A DNA stretch of 63,513 nt, the filler included, from a bacterium (lineage in GTDB: Bacteria; JALSQH01), in the NCBI GenBank assembly GCA_026985515.1. It is 8 parts of 8 records of this genome, joined end to end, with 100 filler letters (N's around TTAATTAATTAA, not from the genome) between each part and the next. Parts side by side here need not be neighbours in the genome. Positions count along the whole stretch, not along the records: positions 1 to 5,114 come from JALSQH010000022.1; positions 5,215 to 10,319 come from JALSQH010000023.1; positions 10,420 to 29,280 come from JALSQH010000024.1; 5 more parts are not named here. The stretch is one strand, 5' to 3'. This document shows positions 1-13,170 of the stretch, one piece after another. Below the pieces are notes generated by a model that did not search any database, was not told the DNA's origin, and saw only the letters and a list, made by a program, of their open reading frames with translations. A program made the position numbers and the translations under genes. Every line of letters starts with the position of its first letter. Positions within the stretch are counted from its first letter, which is position 1.

Positions 1-198
1 CTGAGAGAAATCGTTGGGAGATATGTAAAAGTGATAAAATTTAAGTAACATGGAAAAAACAGGGAATTTTTCGAGGCCTGGCATTCTACTTTCCTGTGTA
101 TGTGCAGGACTGAATGGCCACAGCCCACCTTCTGATCCATAAATCAAACCTGTGGAAACAGCAAAAATCAAAATATAACAGAGAAGCAACCTCCTCAA
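1..198 (-). CDS. YidD-like (membrane protein insertion efficiency factor family) protein with N-terminal signal/TM segment, 3' end outside window
   Basis: Not in the ORF track. TTG at 198 overlaps the TGA of the upstream gene (TTGA) and the frame is open to base 1: MRRLLLCYILIFAVSTGLIYGSEGG...SMLLKFYHFYISPNDFSQ. The LxxYxxxISP segment matches the start of the YidD domain; the diagnostic Cys motif would lie just beyond the window. Confidence 0.6.
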   Translation of the reverse strand, partial: MRRLLLCYILIFAVSTGLIYGSEGGLWPFSPAHTQESRMPGLEKFPVFSMLLKFYHFYISPNDFSQ

Positions 199-1013
199 AA
201 ACCCACTCCTGTTTTCAGGTTGAAAAAAATTCTACCACAATTACTACCAATCCCATAACCAGCTTCGATGCTCAGTCCTGTTAACTTCACAAGGAGGCTC
301 ATTCCACCATCAATCAGTAATACTGGAAACTTATCAACACCTTCCACAAAAATTTTCAAAAATGTACCTGAAGGAGGAAGGTTGAAATAAAATTCACTGG
401 TAGCGTAAAAATAACTGGTCAGAATATCATAATCCTGCTTAAAAGCTTTCATAAAAGGATAGCCTCCAATGTGAAAATATATTAGAGGAGCAGGAATAAA
501 ACCTCTGGAAAGAGAAAAAACAACATAATTTTTCATGGAAGCATTACTGCTTAAAGTGAATTTTTCATTAAATCTTATTCTCAATAATTTTCCAGTAACT
601 TTTTCAGATGTATGAAAAAATAAATAAGCAATTTTCAGCCCTTTTAGAGGTGTGAAAAGAATTCTTTCATGGATGAGTATGTTTTCTTCTGAAAACAACG
701 TTCCCGTGTAAATTGTTAGATAATCTTTTCTCATTCCCATGCCAGTTTCAAAATAACTTTTGTTTTTGCCAGTAGTTACACCTATCAGAAAGAAGTAATT
801 TCCAGAGTAGACACGATGATTCCCTGAACCTTCGAAGTATGGTTCACCTCTTTCTGATCTGTAGAGATGAAAATCAAGAAAAGTTACTGAAGATGTAGAA
901 TTATAATAAACTTCAGAATTAGTGTATGATGTTTGCAGAAAAAATTCAGAGGGAAAAAGATTTTCACACATGAACAAAAATAAAACAACTGGAAAAATTA
1001 CCTTGAAATTCAT
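195..1013 (-). CDS. Exported hypothetical protein, possible outer-membrane beta-barrel
   Basis: 272 aa, signal-peptide-like N-terminus, aromatic-rich alternating beta pattern, C-terminal Phe (KTGVGF). Confidence 0.55.
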   Translation of the reverse strand: MNFKVIFPVVLFLFMCENLFPSEFFLQTSYTNSEVYYNSTSSVTFLDFHLYRSERGEPYFEGSGNHRVYSGNYFFLIGVTTGKNKSYFETGMGMRKDYLTIYTGTLFSEENILIHERILFTPLKGLKIAYLFFHTSEKVTGKLLRIRFNEKFTLSSNASMKNYVVFSLSRGFIPAPLIYFHIGGYPFMKAFKQDYDILTSYFYATSEFYFNLPPSGTFLKIFVEGVDKFPVLLIDGGMSLLVKLTGLSIEAGYGIGSNCGRIFFNLKTGVGF

Positions 1014-1051
1014 GCTTTTATCACCACATATTCTTCACATAATTACATAAC

Positions 1052-1080
1052 TTGCAAGTTTAACACAATAATGGTATGAT
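1052..1080 (+). promoter_or_regulatory. sigma70-type promoter for the TM2-protein gene
   Basis: TTGCAA-17 nt-TATGAT with extended TGn. The -35 sits inside the perfect palindrome AACTTGCAAGTT (1049-1060). Strong SD TAAGGAGGT before ATG 1131. Confidence 0.55.
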
Positions 1081-1130
1081 AACCAGTAACAATTTGGGGA
1101 GAAAAAAACAAAAAATAAGGAGGTGTTTCC

Positions 1131-1622
1131 ATGAAAAAGTTTTTTACTGCTCTGGCAATTGTTGCAGCAATTTCTTTAACGGCTTACCCTGTCATACCAG
1201 CTCTTCATGCCAGGGAAGCAGGTATAGTTCAACAGGTTGATTATTATGAAGCTGCAGATGATTCTTCTGCTATAATTGCTGCAATTTTGTCAGTAATAAT
1301 ACCAGGGTTAGGACAAGTATACCTTGGATACATCGGTAGAGGAGCAATGATTTTTCTTGGATTTATTGTACTGGAGATCGTTGCGGGTATTATGGGTGTC
1401 TATATATATTATGCCGGTTGTATTCTTGATCTGATAGCTATCGTCTTCTGGATCTGGCAGATTGGCGATGCATACAAGCTTGGACTCAAAAAGGCAAGAC
1501 ACTACAGACGCCATAGGAGACACTACGACGAGGATGAAGATGAAGAAGATGAGGATTATGATGAAGATGAGGACAGCATGCTGACTCCTCATTTTACACC
1601 TGCCTATGTTGTCACTGAGTAG
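1131..1622 (+). CDS. TM2-motif membrane protein with signal peptide and basic/acidic tail
   Basis: AAILSVIIPGLGQVYLG..GRG motif, further TM helices, tail RHYRRHRRHYDEDEDEEDEDYDEDED; strong SD. Confidence 0.75.
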   Translation: MKKFFTALAIVAAISLTAYPVIPALHAREAGIVQQVDYYEAADDSSAIIAAILSVIIPGLGQVYLGYIGRGAMIFLGFIVLEIVAGIMGVYIYYAGCILDLIAIVFWIWQIGDAYKLGLKKARHYRRHRRHYDEDEDEEDEDYDEDEDSMLTPHFTPAYVVTE

Positions 1623-1629
1623 AAAAACT

Positions 1630-2457
1630 ATGGGGAGCTCTGCTCCCCCTTTTATCCTAATATTGATCATTTTTCCCTTTTTTGCTTCCGCTGATCTAAT
1701 TTCTGGAAGTCATAATTTCAGCTTTTACAAATGGCTGCTTCAGGAAGGGGATTACTATCGTGCAATTGGTGAACTGAGAAGGATACAGTGGAATTCTCCC
1801 AGAGAAAGATGGTTTTCCATAGAAAAAGAGATACTGCGTCTCTATCAGCTTTCAGGCCATATTGATGAAGGTTTGAAAGAATGGAGTAATTTTTCAAAGC
1901 TTCATGGCGAACTGATTTCAGGACATGAAAGGGAGTGGCTGCTAATAAAAACAAAACTTCTTCTGACAAAGGGTGATTTTTCTTCGGTATATCCTTTTCT
2001 GATAACTGTATCTACTCTTCCCGATGGAAAAAAGATATCTAATCTTTTAAAAGAAAGGGAAAAAATTTTACTTTCACCTTCAGATGAAGACAGGTCACCT
2101 CTTCTTGCAGGAATCCTTTCAGCAGTAATTCCTGGTGCAGGTCAGTGGTACGCAGGATTACCTGGGAATGGCATTTTCACATTTCTTGTAATATCTGCTC
2201 TTGGCGGAGGAACATGGTATTTGTATTCAAGAAATTCCTCCTTCTTTCCTCTTACTCTTACATTAACAATTCTCTTTTACGCTGGTAACATTTACGGTGC
2301 AGTCACCTCCACATGCAGGATGAATCTGATAAGAAAATGGAAAAAGTGGGAATATATTAAGGAAAAGGAAAACTTCAATCATTTAATTGAGATAAAAACA
2401 GGTCTTCCAAGCTCTGATAGATTTCTCCCAGGGATCAATTTCACATTTAAATTTTAG
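1630..2457 (+). CDS. Exported TPR-like protein with C-terminal TM2 motif
   Basis: Likely ATG at 1630 with signal peptide (..IIFPFFASA), helical EGDYYRAIGELRR segment, RSPLLAGILSAVIPGAGQWYAG motif, C-terminal Phe. Confidence 0.65.
   Translation: MGSSAPPFILILIIFPFFASADLISGSHNFSFYKWLLQEGDYYRAIGELRRIQWNSPRERWFSIEKEILRLYQLSGHIDEGLKEWSNFSKLHGELISGHEREWLLIKTKLLLTKGDFSSVYPFLITVSTLPDGKKISNLLKEREKILLSPSDEDRSPLLAGILSAVIPGAGQWYAGLPGNGIFTFLVISALGGGTWYLYSRNSSFFPLTLTLTILFYAGNIYGAVTSTCRMNLIRKWKKWEYIKEKENFNHLIEIKTGLPSSDRFLPGINFTFKF
1632..1653 (+). terminator. Putative intrinsic terminator overlapping the start of the next ORF
   Basis: GGGGAGC-TCT-GCTCCCC stem-loop followed by CTTTT, 9 nt after the stop at 1622. 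Confidence 0.5.
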
Positions 2458-2487
2458 CTCCAATCAAGAAAATTTCCCGTAACCCTC

Positions 2488-2515
2488 TTGATTTTTGAAA
2501 AGTGATGGTTAAAAT
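2488..2515 (+). promoter_or_regulatory. sigma70-type promoter of groEL
   Basis: TTGATT-16 nt-TAAAAT directly upstream of the CIRCE element. Confidence 0.5.
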
Positions 2516-2526
2516 AATTTAAAAAA

Positions 2527-4210
<1,684 letters not shown>

Positions 4211-4244
4211 TTCTAACAACTTCAGATCACATTCGGGAGTCCAG

Positions 4245-4275
4245 AGCCTGGGGAATTTTCCCCGGGCTTTTTTTT
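4245..4275 (+). terminator. Intrinsic terminator of groEL
   Basis: AGCCTGGGGAA / TTCCCCGGGCT stem (one G-U pair) followed by a T run. Confidence 0.85.
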
Positions 4276-4301
4276 GATTTTACACCCCTTTATGATAAAA
4301 T
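4274..4301 (+). promoter_or_regulatory. Putative promoter of the Hsp70 gene
   Basis: TTGATT-16 nt-TAAAAT with extended TGn; same layout as the groEL promoter but no CIRCE. Confidence 0.45.
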
Positions 4302-4329
4302 TTAAAAAAGGGTTTTATAGGGGGTACAA

Positions 4330-5114
4330 ATGGGAAGAGTTGTTGGAATAGATCTCGGGACAACAACAAGTATTGTTGCCACAGTAATTGATGGTGAGCC
4401 CACAGTAATTCCCAATAAAAAAGGGGAAATGATAATACCCTCTGTTGTTTCCTTTCTCGGAAAGGACAGAGTGATAGTTGGAACAGAGGCAAAGGATAGA
4501 TTGATAATTGACCCGACCCACACAGTTTACTCTGTCAAGAGGCTGATAGGGAGAAAATTTTTTCAGAGAGAGGTAAAAAAAGCAAGAGCGGTCATGCCCT
4601 ATAAAATTGTTGAAGGTCCAAACCAGGGCGTAAGAATTGAAATTGATGGACAGCTGTTCAGTCCAGAGGAAATTTCTGCTCTAATACTTAAGGAACTCAA
4701 GAAAATGGCTGAGGAGTTTCTTCAGGATGAGGTAACGCATGCCGTAATAACTGTCCCTGCTCATTTCAGTGATAGCCAGAGACAATCAACAAAAGATGCA
4801 GGAGAAATAGCAGGTCTCGAAGTGCTGAAAATAATTAACGAACCCACAGCAGCAGCTCTTGCCTATGGCTTCGGGAAGGGACTGGAACAGAAAGTTGTTA
4901 TATTTGATTTAGGTGGGGGAACATTTGATGTATCTGTCCTGAGTATCAAAAATGATGTTTTTGAGGTGGTAAGCACCGCCGGAGATGATTATCTCGGCGG
5001 GGATGATTTTGATGACAGGATAATTGACTATCTTTCAGAGACATTTTACAAGGAAACAAAAATAGATCTGAGAAGCAGTAAAGAGGCTCTTCAGAAATTG
5101 AAAAAATACGCAGA
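4330..5114 (+). CDS. Hsp70/DnaK family chaperone, truncated by gap
   Basis: GIDLGTT, AVITVPA, IINEPTAAALAYG, DLGGGTFDVS and LGGDDFD motifs. Confidence 0.95.
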
Positions 5115-5214
5115 NNNNNNNNNNNNNNNNNNNNNNNNNNNNNNNNNNNNNNNNNNNNTTAATTAATTAANNNNNNNNNNNNNNNNNNNNNNNNNNNNNN
5201 NNNNNNNNNNNNNN
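5115..5214. other. Assembly spacer
   Basis: N44-TTAATTAATTAA-N44; stops in all six frames. Confidence 0.98.
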
Positions 5215-5275
5215 AGGAGGATAAGATTAATGCTGAAATTATAATCACAAAAGTCAGGTATTTTACCCACCTCAT
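5215..5275 (-). CDS. N-terminus of a probable exported protein/lipoprotein downstream of secG (truncated)
   Basis: SD AAGGAGG then MRWVKYLTFVIIISALILSS running into the gap. Confidence 0.5.
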
Positions 5276-5295
5276 CTTATACCCCTCCTTTTTCT

Positions 5296-5670
5296 TTATT
5301 TTCCTTCTGTACTTGAAGGATGTCTGGCCCTATTTTCATTATGAGAGCTGGATCCCTCAGGGGATGTGGTTTTTCCAGAATGTGTCTTAACTGTGTTTAC
5401 TATGGGAGCCTTTTCTCTCGTAAAAATTGATCCCGACCTCTGTTTGGAGACAAGCATGCTTATTGCAAAGGCATTGATGAAGAAGAGGGTGGCAAGAACA
5501 GCCGTTGTCTTTGTGAGGAAATTGCCGGCACCAGCTCCTCCGAAAATAGTCTGACTTGCACCTGCTCCAAAAGATACTCCAAGTTCAGATCCTTTTCCGC
5601 TTTGAAGGAGAATTACGACGATAAGAAAAATTGCAATAAAAATTTCAAGAATTGTGAGAAAAGTTATCAT
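5296..5670 (-). CDS. secG: Preprotein translocase subunit SecG
   Basis: VILLQSGKG..LG..FG.G...TIFG..GAGNFLTKTT; follows tpiA. Confidence 0.95.
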   Translation of the reverse strand: MITFLTILEIFIAIFLIVVILLQSGKGSELGVSFGAGASQTIFGGAGAGNFLTKTTAVLATLFFINAFAISMLVSKQRSGSIFTREKAPIVNTVKTHSGKTTSPEGSSSHNENRARHPSSTEGK

Positions 5671-5672
5671 TT

Positions 5673-6431
5673 TTATCCTCCACTATCGTATCGAATTATC
5701 CTGTAGAAACTCACGGGATCGAGACTGGCTCCTCCCACCAGTGCTCCATTTATGTTTTCCATTTCCATCAGACCGGCGGCATTTTCAGGTTTAACACTCC
5801 CACCATAAAGGATTCTGATATCTTTTGATATCTCCCCAAACTTTTCCTTTAAGAGTTTTCTGATAAAAGCATGCACCTCTTCCGCCTGCTGTGGTGTGGC
5901 AGTTTTCCCTGTTCCAATTGCCCATACAGGTTCATAGGCAATGACTAACCTCTCAGGTTCACTTAATTCCACTCCATCCAGTCCCTTTCTAATCTGACCT
6001 TCAATAATTTCAAAAGTTTTTCCACTTTCCCTTTCTTCCAGAGTTTCTCCCACACATACAATTGGGGTGAGCCCTTTTCCAAGAGCCGCCTTGATTTTTC
6101 TGTTAACTGTTTCGTCTGTTTCGCAGAAATATTTTCTCCTTTCTGAGTGGCCAATTATAACATATGTGCATCCCAGATCCTTCAGCATCTCTGCAGATAC
6201 TTCGCCTGTGAAAGCTCCTTTTTCTTCGTAAAAGAGATTCTGTGCTCCATAATTGATAGTGGTTCCTTTTAACTTTTCAGATACATATGGGATGTAAACA
6301 AATGGTGGTATTATTGCCACCTCTCTCTCGTTGGGCAGGTATGGAACCATTCTCAGAAATTCCTCGAAGAAGGAATCTATTTCTTTTCTTGTCATATTCA
6401 TCTTCCAGTTACCTGCAATTAACTCTCTCAT
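5673..6431 (-). CDS. tpiA: Triosephosphate isomerase
   Basis: AGNWKMN, GHSERR, AYEPVWAIGTG, LVGGASL. Confidence 0.99.
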   Translation of the reverse strand: MRELIAGNWKMNMTRKEIDSFFEEFLRMVPYLPNEREVAIIPPFVYIPYVSEKLKGTTINYGAQNLFYEEKGAFTGEVSAEMLKDLGCTYVIIGHSERRKYFCETDETVNRKIKAALGKGLTPIVCVGETLEERESGKTFEIIEGQIRKGLDGVELSEPERLVIAYEPVWAIGTGKTATPQQAEEVHAFIRKLLKEKFGEISKDIRILYGGSVKPENAAGLMEMENINGALVGGASLDPVSFYRIIRYDSGG

Positions 6432-7619
6432 TTATTCCTCCTCCAGAGCCTTTAATCCAGGAAGCTCCTTCCCACCAAGAAATTCTAATGAAGCGCCTCC
6501 ACCCGTAGTTATGTGCTTTATTTTTTCAGCAACTCCTGCCTTATTTACGGCTGAAACTGAATCTCCTCCACCCACAATTGTCACACCCGGAGACTCTGCC
6601 ACGGCCCTTGCAACGCCCATTGTACCCTCTGCAAATTGTTCCCATTCAAAAACACCCATTGGACCGTTCCAGATGAGTGTTCCTGCTTCTTTTATGTACT
6701 TGGAGAAGAGTTTTACAGTTTCCGGTCCAATATCAAGACCTATTAAATCATCGGGTATTTCAGGGGATGAAACATATATTTTTTCGGTATTTTTATCAAA
6801 TTCTCTCCCACAGTAGTGGTCAACGGGAAGTTCAAAATTTATCCCCTTTTCCCTTATCTTTCTTAAAATTTCTCTTGTAACAGATGCCTTCTCCTCCTCC
6901 ACTCTGCTTTTTCCCACAGGAATTCCTCTCACCCACATGAAGGTGTATGCCATTGCACCGCCAATCAGCAGACTATCTATTTTGTTGAGGAGATTTGTAA
7001 TGATGGGAATTTTGTCTTCCACCTTGGCACCACCAAGAAGAAGTACGAAGGGTCTCCTGGGAGATTTCACTGCATCCCTCAGATAGGTCATCTCTTTTTT
7101 GATGAGGAATCCTGCTGCTCTCCTTTCAGGTGGGTAGAGGCGAGGTAACGCGGCGACAGATGCATGAGCTCTATGAACGACTCCGAAGGCATCGTTCACA
7201 TAAATTTCTCCAAGCCTTGAAAGAAATCTGGCAAATTCAGAATCATTTTTTTCCTCTCCAGGGTGAAATCTTAGATTTTCAGTGAGGAGAATTTCTCCTT
7301 CCTTTAGTTTTTCAGCCTGTTTTATGAGGTCTTCCCTGAAAATTGAATCAGAGAAGATAATCCTGTATTCCGGAAGCAATTCTTTTAGCTTTTCAGCCAC
7401 TGGTTTCATGGAGAGTTCTGGAACTACTTTCCCCCTGGGTCTTCCCAGATGAGATGCTACGACTGGAATTCCACCATTTTCCAGTATGAATTTTAATGTT
7501 TCAAGACTTCTCCTGATCCTGGTATCATCCACAACTTTCCCATTTTCAATTGGAACATTGTAGTCTACTCTGAGAAAAACCCTTTTCCCCCTCAACTCCA
7601 GCTCATCTACATATCTCAT
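6432..7619 (-). CDS. pgk: Phosphoglycerate kinase
   Basis: RVDYNVP, SHLGRP, ENLRF, WNGPMGVFE, TGGGASLE. Confidence 0.99.
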   Translation of the reverse strand: MRYVDELELRGKRVFLRVDYNVPIENGKVVDDTRIRRSLETLKFILENGGIPVVASHLGRPRGKVVPELSMKPVAEKLKELLPEYRIIFSDSIFREDLIKQAEKLKEGEILLTENLRFHPGEEKNDSEFARFLSRLGEIYVNDAFGVVHRAHASVAALPRLYPPERRAAGFLIKKEMTYLRDAVKSPRRPFVLLLGGAKVEDKIPIITNLLNKIDSLLIGGAMAYTFMWVRGIPVGKSRVEEEKASVTREILRKIREKGINFELPVDHYCGREFDKNTEKIYVSSPEIPDDLIGLDIGPETVKLFSKYIKEAGTLIWNGPMGVFEWEQFAEGTMGVARAVAESPGVTIVGGGDSVSAVNKAGVAEKIKHITTGGGASLEFLGGKELPGLKALEEE

Positions 7620-7642
7620 CCGTTCTCCCCCTGGAAATTGTT

Positions 7643-8739
<1,097 letters not shown>

Positions 8740-8750
8740 TTAAGTGGCTT

Positions 8751-8827
8751 CGGGGTGTAGCTCAGCATGGTAGAGCACCGCGTTCGGGACGCGGGTGTCG
8801 GAGGTTCAAATCCTCTCACCCCGACCA
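8751..8827 (+). tRNA. tRNA-Pro(CGG)
   Basis: 77 nt; acceptor CGGGGTG/CACCCCG, anticodon arm CCGCG-TTCGGGA-CGCGG, GTTCAAATC T loop, encoded CCA. Confidence 0.97.
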
Positions 8828-8855
8828 TTGTAAACTATTGAAGAGGAGGTATTAA

Positions 8856-10319
8856 ATGTCAGATGTAAAACAGGGTGCCCACTGGTTGCTTGAGAAGGTG
8901 GGTTCCAGCAGGATCTTTACCGTTGAGGATTTAAATGAGGAGCAGAAGGCCATAGGTAAAACAGCCGAGGATTTCCTGGAAAAGGAGGTCAGGCCTCTCT
9001 GGGAGGAACTTGAAGATGAGGAGAAAAAGCTGGAACTTGAACCGATACTGTTGAAAAAAGCTGGTGAACTTGGTCTTCTTATGATTGATATTCCGGAGGA
9101 GTACGGAGGACTTGGCCTTGATAAGACCTCTTCCATGGTTGTTTCTGAAAAGGTTGCTCCAATTCAGTCTTTTGCAGTAACTCTTATGGCACACACCGGT
9201 ATAGGAACCCTTCCAATTGTGCATTTTGGTACGAAGGAGCAAAAGGAGAAGTATCTTCCAAAACTTGCAACAGGTGAGTGGATTGCGGCCTATGCTTTGA
9301 CTGAAACGGGTTATGGTTCCGATGCCCTTCATGCAAAAACTAAAGCTGTTTTATCTCCTGATGGAAAATATTATATTCTGAATGGAGAGAAACAGTTTAT
9401 AACAAACTCCGGTTTTGCGGATGTTTTTATCGTTTATGCGCAGGTTGATGGTGAAAAGTTTACTGCATTTATTGTGGAGAGGGATTTTGGAGTTAAAACT
9501 GGCGCTGAAGAAAATAAGATGGGGATCAGAGGTTCCTCCACGAGGTCACTCATTCTTGAGGATGTAAAAGTACCTGTTGAAAATGTACTTGGTGAAATAG
9601 GTAAGGGTCACAAATCTGCCCTCAATATTCTTGATGTGGGCAGGTTTAAACTGGGTATAGCTGCTCTTGGTGTTTCAAAGAGGGTTATTAAGGTTGCAGC
9701 TGAATATGCAAACCAGAGAAAGCAGTTCGGTGTTCCTATTTCAGTGTTCGGGATGATAAGAAGGAAATTTGCAGATATGGCAACACTCACATATGTGCTT
9801 GAATCTATGGCTTACAGATTGTCCGGTCTCTACGATTCTTCCCTTGCTCAGTATGAGAAAGGCACTGAAGAGTACACGAAGCAGGCTGCCAAGGTATTTG
9901 AGGATTATCAGATTGAGGCATCAATAATGAAGGTTTTTGGTTCTGAGGTTCAGGGGATTGTTGTTGATCATGGTGTTCAGATCCATGGTGGTTATGGTTT
10001 CATCGAGGAATATGAAGTTGCAAGGCAGTACAGGGATGCAAGAATAAGCAGAATTTTTGAGGGAACAAACGAGATAAACAGACTTCTTCTGCCCACAGCT
10101 CTTCTCAGAAGGTATCAGAGAGGAGAACTTGATCTCATGAGTCCTGTTCAGGATACATTCAAAGAACTTCAGGGTGATGTAACCAAATCTCCTGAAAGTG
10201 GTCCTCTCGGATATGAGATTACCGCCACAGAGCTTGCTAAAAAGGCTTTCTTCCTTGCTGCAGGTGCCGCCGTACAGAAATTTGGTGGTGAATTGAGAAA
10301 TCAGCAGTTCATTATGGAA
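8856..10319 (+). CDS. Acyl-CoA dehydrogenase (long form), truncated by gap
   Basis: PEEYGG, AYALTE..GSD, R.QFG, QIHGGYGF, RIFEGTNEINR. Confidence 0.95.
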
Positions 10320-10419
10320 NNNNNNNNNNNNNNNNNNNNNNNNNNNNNNNNNNNNNNNNNNNNTTAATTAATTAANNNNNNNNNNNNNNNNNNNNNNNNN
10401 NNNNNNNNNNNNNNNNNNN
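10320..10419. other. Assembly spacer
   Basis: N44-TTAATTAATTAA-N44. Confidence 0.98.
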
Positions 10420-13067
10420 AGGGGTGTAGTGTAATCGAGGTCAGGGATGTATCCCTTTAGCTCCATCAGTGCCGGGTTGTAATAAACCACCATCAATTTT
10501 CCTTCTGCAAAGTAAGAATTAATGACCGGAACAGCCATCGTTGCATGATCAGGAATTCTTATTGTCTGAATCAGAGTGCCATCGCTTCCTATTTCCAGAA
10601 GGTCTGAGAAAACTGGATCACTGCTGCTACCGGACCCAGAATGCTGACTGATGGTGAGGTAGTAAATGCCGCTGTCAGAAATTACGGCCATGTGATCAAC
10701 GGTAGATGTAACCGTATAGGAAAATGTTATGCATCTGTTAAAGAGTTTATTCTCCCACCTGATTGCTTCAAGTTTGTTGTTATTGCTTCTCACAAAGAAG
10801 GTCATCATGGTGTTTTTGAATGTGTCGGTGGTGAAGATCGGATAAAATGATGTGAAACCTGTTTTACACAGACCTGATGAAGAGTTAACCAGTGTGGTGA
10901 AAATCCAGTTCGAATCTTTTTTTATCCCCATTCTCATGGCATTTGTGTCAGTAAAGGTGAAGATTGGCAGATTGCTCGCATAATCCCCTCCCGTCAGATA
11001 TGAGATTGTGCTTGAACCGGAGTACATCTGGTTTCCATTTTCATAAATGTCTGTGTTGTTATTTACATAAATGACAGAAGGAGTTGATTCGTGGTAAAGC
11101 ACTGTGAAGTCCTGGCCAGATGATGTATATTTTGATGAAGGATAACCGCTGGTTATGGAATAAATCGTGTTGTTTCCCTCCATAAATTTATCATCAATGC
11201 CACGGAAAAAGGAGTATGTCTGCACCGGAGTTGAACCTACAGGAGTGGCTAAAGTTCCCCCGGTTAACTGATATTTTTCAATTTCAAATGAGAAGGAAAA
11301 TGAAGGTAGGGAGACGAGGTAAATATAGTCTGGTGAAACCATCTCAATAGCGGTCTGATTGAAGAAGGCTGTGGATGCGGTGTATTCTGTGTTGATACCT
11401 GACTGGTTCAAATTGACATTTCCAGAACTTATCGTAAAAAGTACCACGCTTACATAGTTTTTAACAGTGAAAAACTGTTGCTGAGAAGAGGTTATGGCTG
11501 ATGCGTAAATGATGTTTGATTGTGGGTCAATGTAGAGATCCGAAGAGGAAACCGGGTAATCGTTGAATTTGTAAATGTACTTTCCTATGTCAAATGATTT
11601 CCATCCATCTCCTGTGGCAGGATTGTTGTAGTAGAGGATGAGTGATGATTTGCCGCTGTCTGTGTATGACAGAAGGATGAGGTGGTATGTATCTCCATTT
11701 TCCGTATAGGTGGCAATATCAATATCTGGCGGATTGTCTGAAAGAAAGGTACTGATTGTCTTCTCAGCGGCTGGATTGAGAAGGTCGATTATATTAATTG
11801 AAGACCATTTTCCACCCGGGTCTCTTTCCTCCACAACGGTTTTTCCTGAATTGTTCAGATCCACGAAATCTCTGCAGTAATTTATAACGAGGATTGTATC
11901 TGCTGAATAGAGAAGACGTGGGATGGATGAACCATGATCAATGTCCTGTATGTAAAATTTGTTTTCTCTGCTGAATATAACCTGTGTGGATTTGCCTGTA
12001 ATTGCCATATCTGCACAGTTGTAATTTTCACTGCTTTCATCAAGTATTATGCCGGAAATATTTGTGGTTGAATCACCATAAACATTGTAGGAACACCTTT
12101 CCAGTTTCAGATAGTTTATCTGATCTCCCTGACCCATTGTTATGAGATTTATGACCCTGCTGCCCGAAATCTGATCCACCAGTCCCTCTACATGGAGGGG
12201 AATTTCCTGATTCAGTGGCATTGTTACAGTGAAGGTTGTGACTCCTGGATAAATTTTTATGAATTTGAGATTTGACCCTCCTGTGTAAATGATTCCGTCT
12301 CCGAGTTTTTCAATAATGGCTGTTTCCTGCGGCTCAGAAATGGACCCATTCGGGATAAAATTACCGGGATAAGTTGTTACGAAGGGAATATTGAAACTTA
12401 ACTTTACACCATCATTGCATCTGGAGTAATCTGGGGTACAGGTGAGAATTAATATGGAGTTCTGATTAAAAACTGTAACCGGGACCCCTGTAATGTGGAT
12501 GGAGTTGCCTCCTGTGGTGAAATCCCAGGTTCCCTGATTATTTGAAAACTGGACTTTGTATCTCCAGCTTCCTGCCGGTTTTGTCCACTCCACTGTGAAT
12601 CCAAATTGACTTCTGTCAAGCAGGATATGGGGATGTTTAACATCTGGAATTTCTGTTGGGTTTATTATATGTTCGGGAACGCCAGAGATGGTTACCCCAT
12701 TTGAGAAATTAAAGCTGTTATCATAGGTAAAAACACGGTAGTAATATCTCCTTCCATTCACAAGATTTACATCTGTAAAGGATGTAGTTATTCTGCCTGA
12801 GTAAGCCTTAATACCGTCAGAAGTACTGGATGAAGGATAACGATCCTCCCTTCTTACAATCAGTATCCCCTTTAAGTCAGTGTCTGAAGGATTCTCCCAT
12901 GTTAACTTAAGGGCAGTGTCAAGAGAAATAATTTTAAGATTCTTCACCTCTCCCGGAGGAGTGGTATCCCTGGATGTGACTGTACCAGGAATTTCATGCT
13001 TTTTATGATGACATGATGACACAAACAAAAGTGGTAAAAGAACAAGTAGATAAAATCTCTTCATCAC
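10420..13067 (-). CDS. Large surface lipoprotein with N-terminal fibronectin-III-like domain(s), truncated by gap
   Basis: Lipobox FVSSC; DTTPPGEVKNL...LTWENPSD...FTD..L.NGRRYYYRVFTYD; Ser/Thr-rich beta-type remainder. Confidence 0.7.
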
Positions 13068-13118
13068 TCTCCCCCTTTTTAAAAAGGATAGTACCAGTTT
13101 TTACCAATTGCAAGTTTT

Positions 13119-13147
13119 TTGATGATAAGGGTGAAAATCTTTATAAT
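13119..13147 (+). promoter_or_regulatory. Putative sigma70 promoter of lpdA
   Basis: TTGATG-17 nt-TATAAT. Confidence 0.5.
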
Positions 13148-13170
13148 GGTATGAAAAAAAGGTGGTTAGG

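Noticed and set aside
1-48. Plus-strand frame LREIVGRYVKVIKFK* as the end of a gene
   Set aside because: The minus-strand YidD-like frame explains this region better.
8751-8860. Integration site at tRNA-Pro
   Set aside because: No integrase or duplicated tRNA 3' end; followed directly by a metabolic gene.
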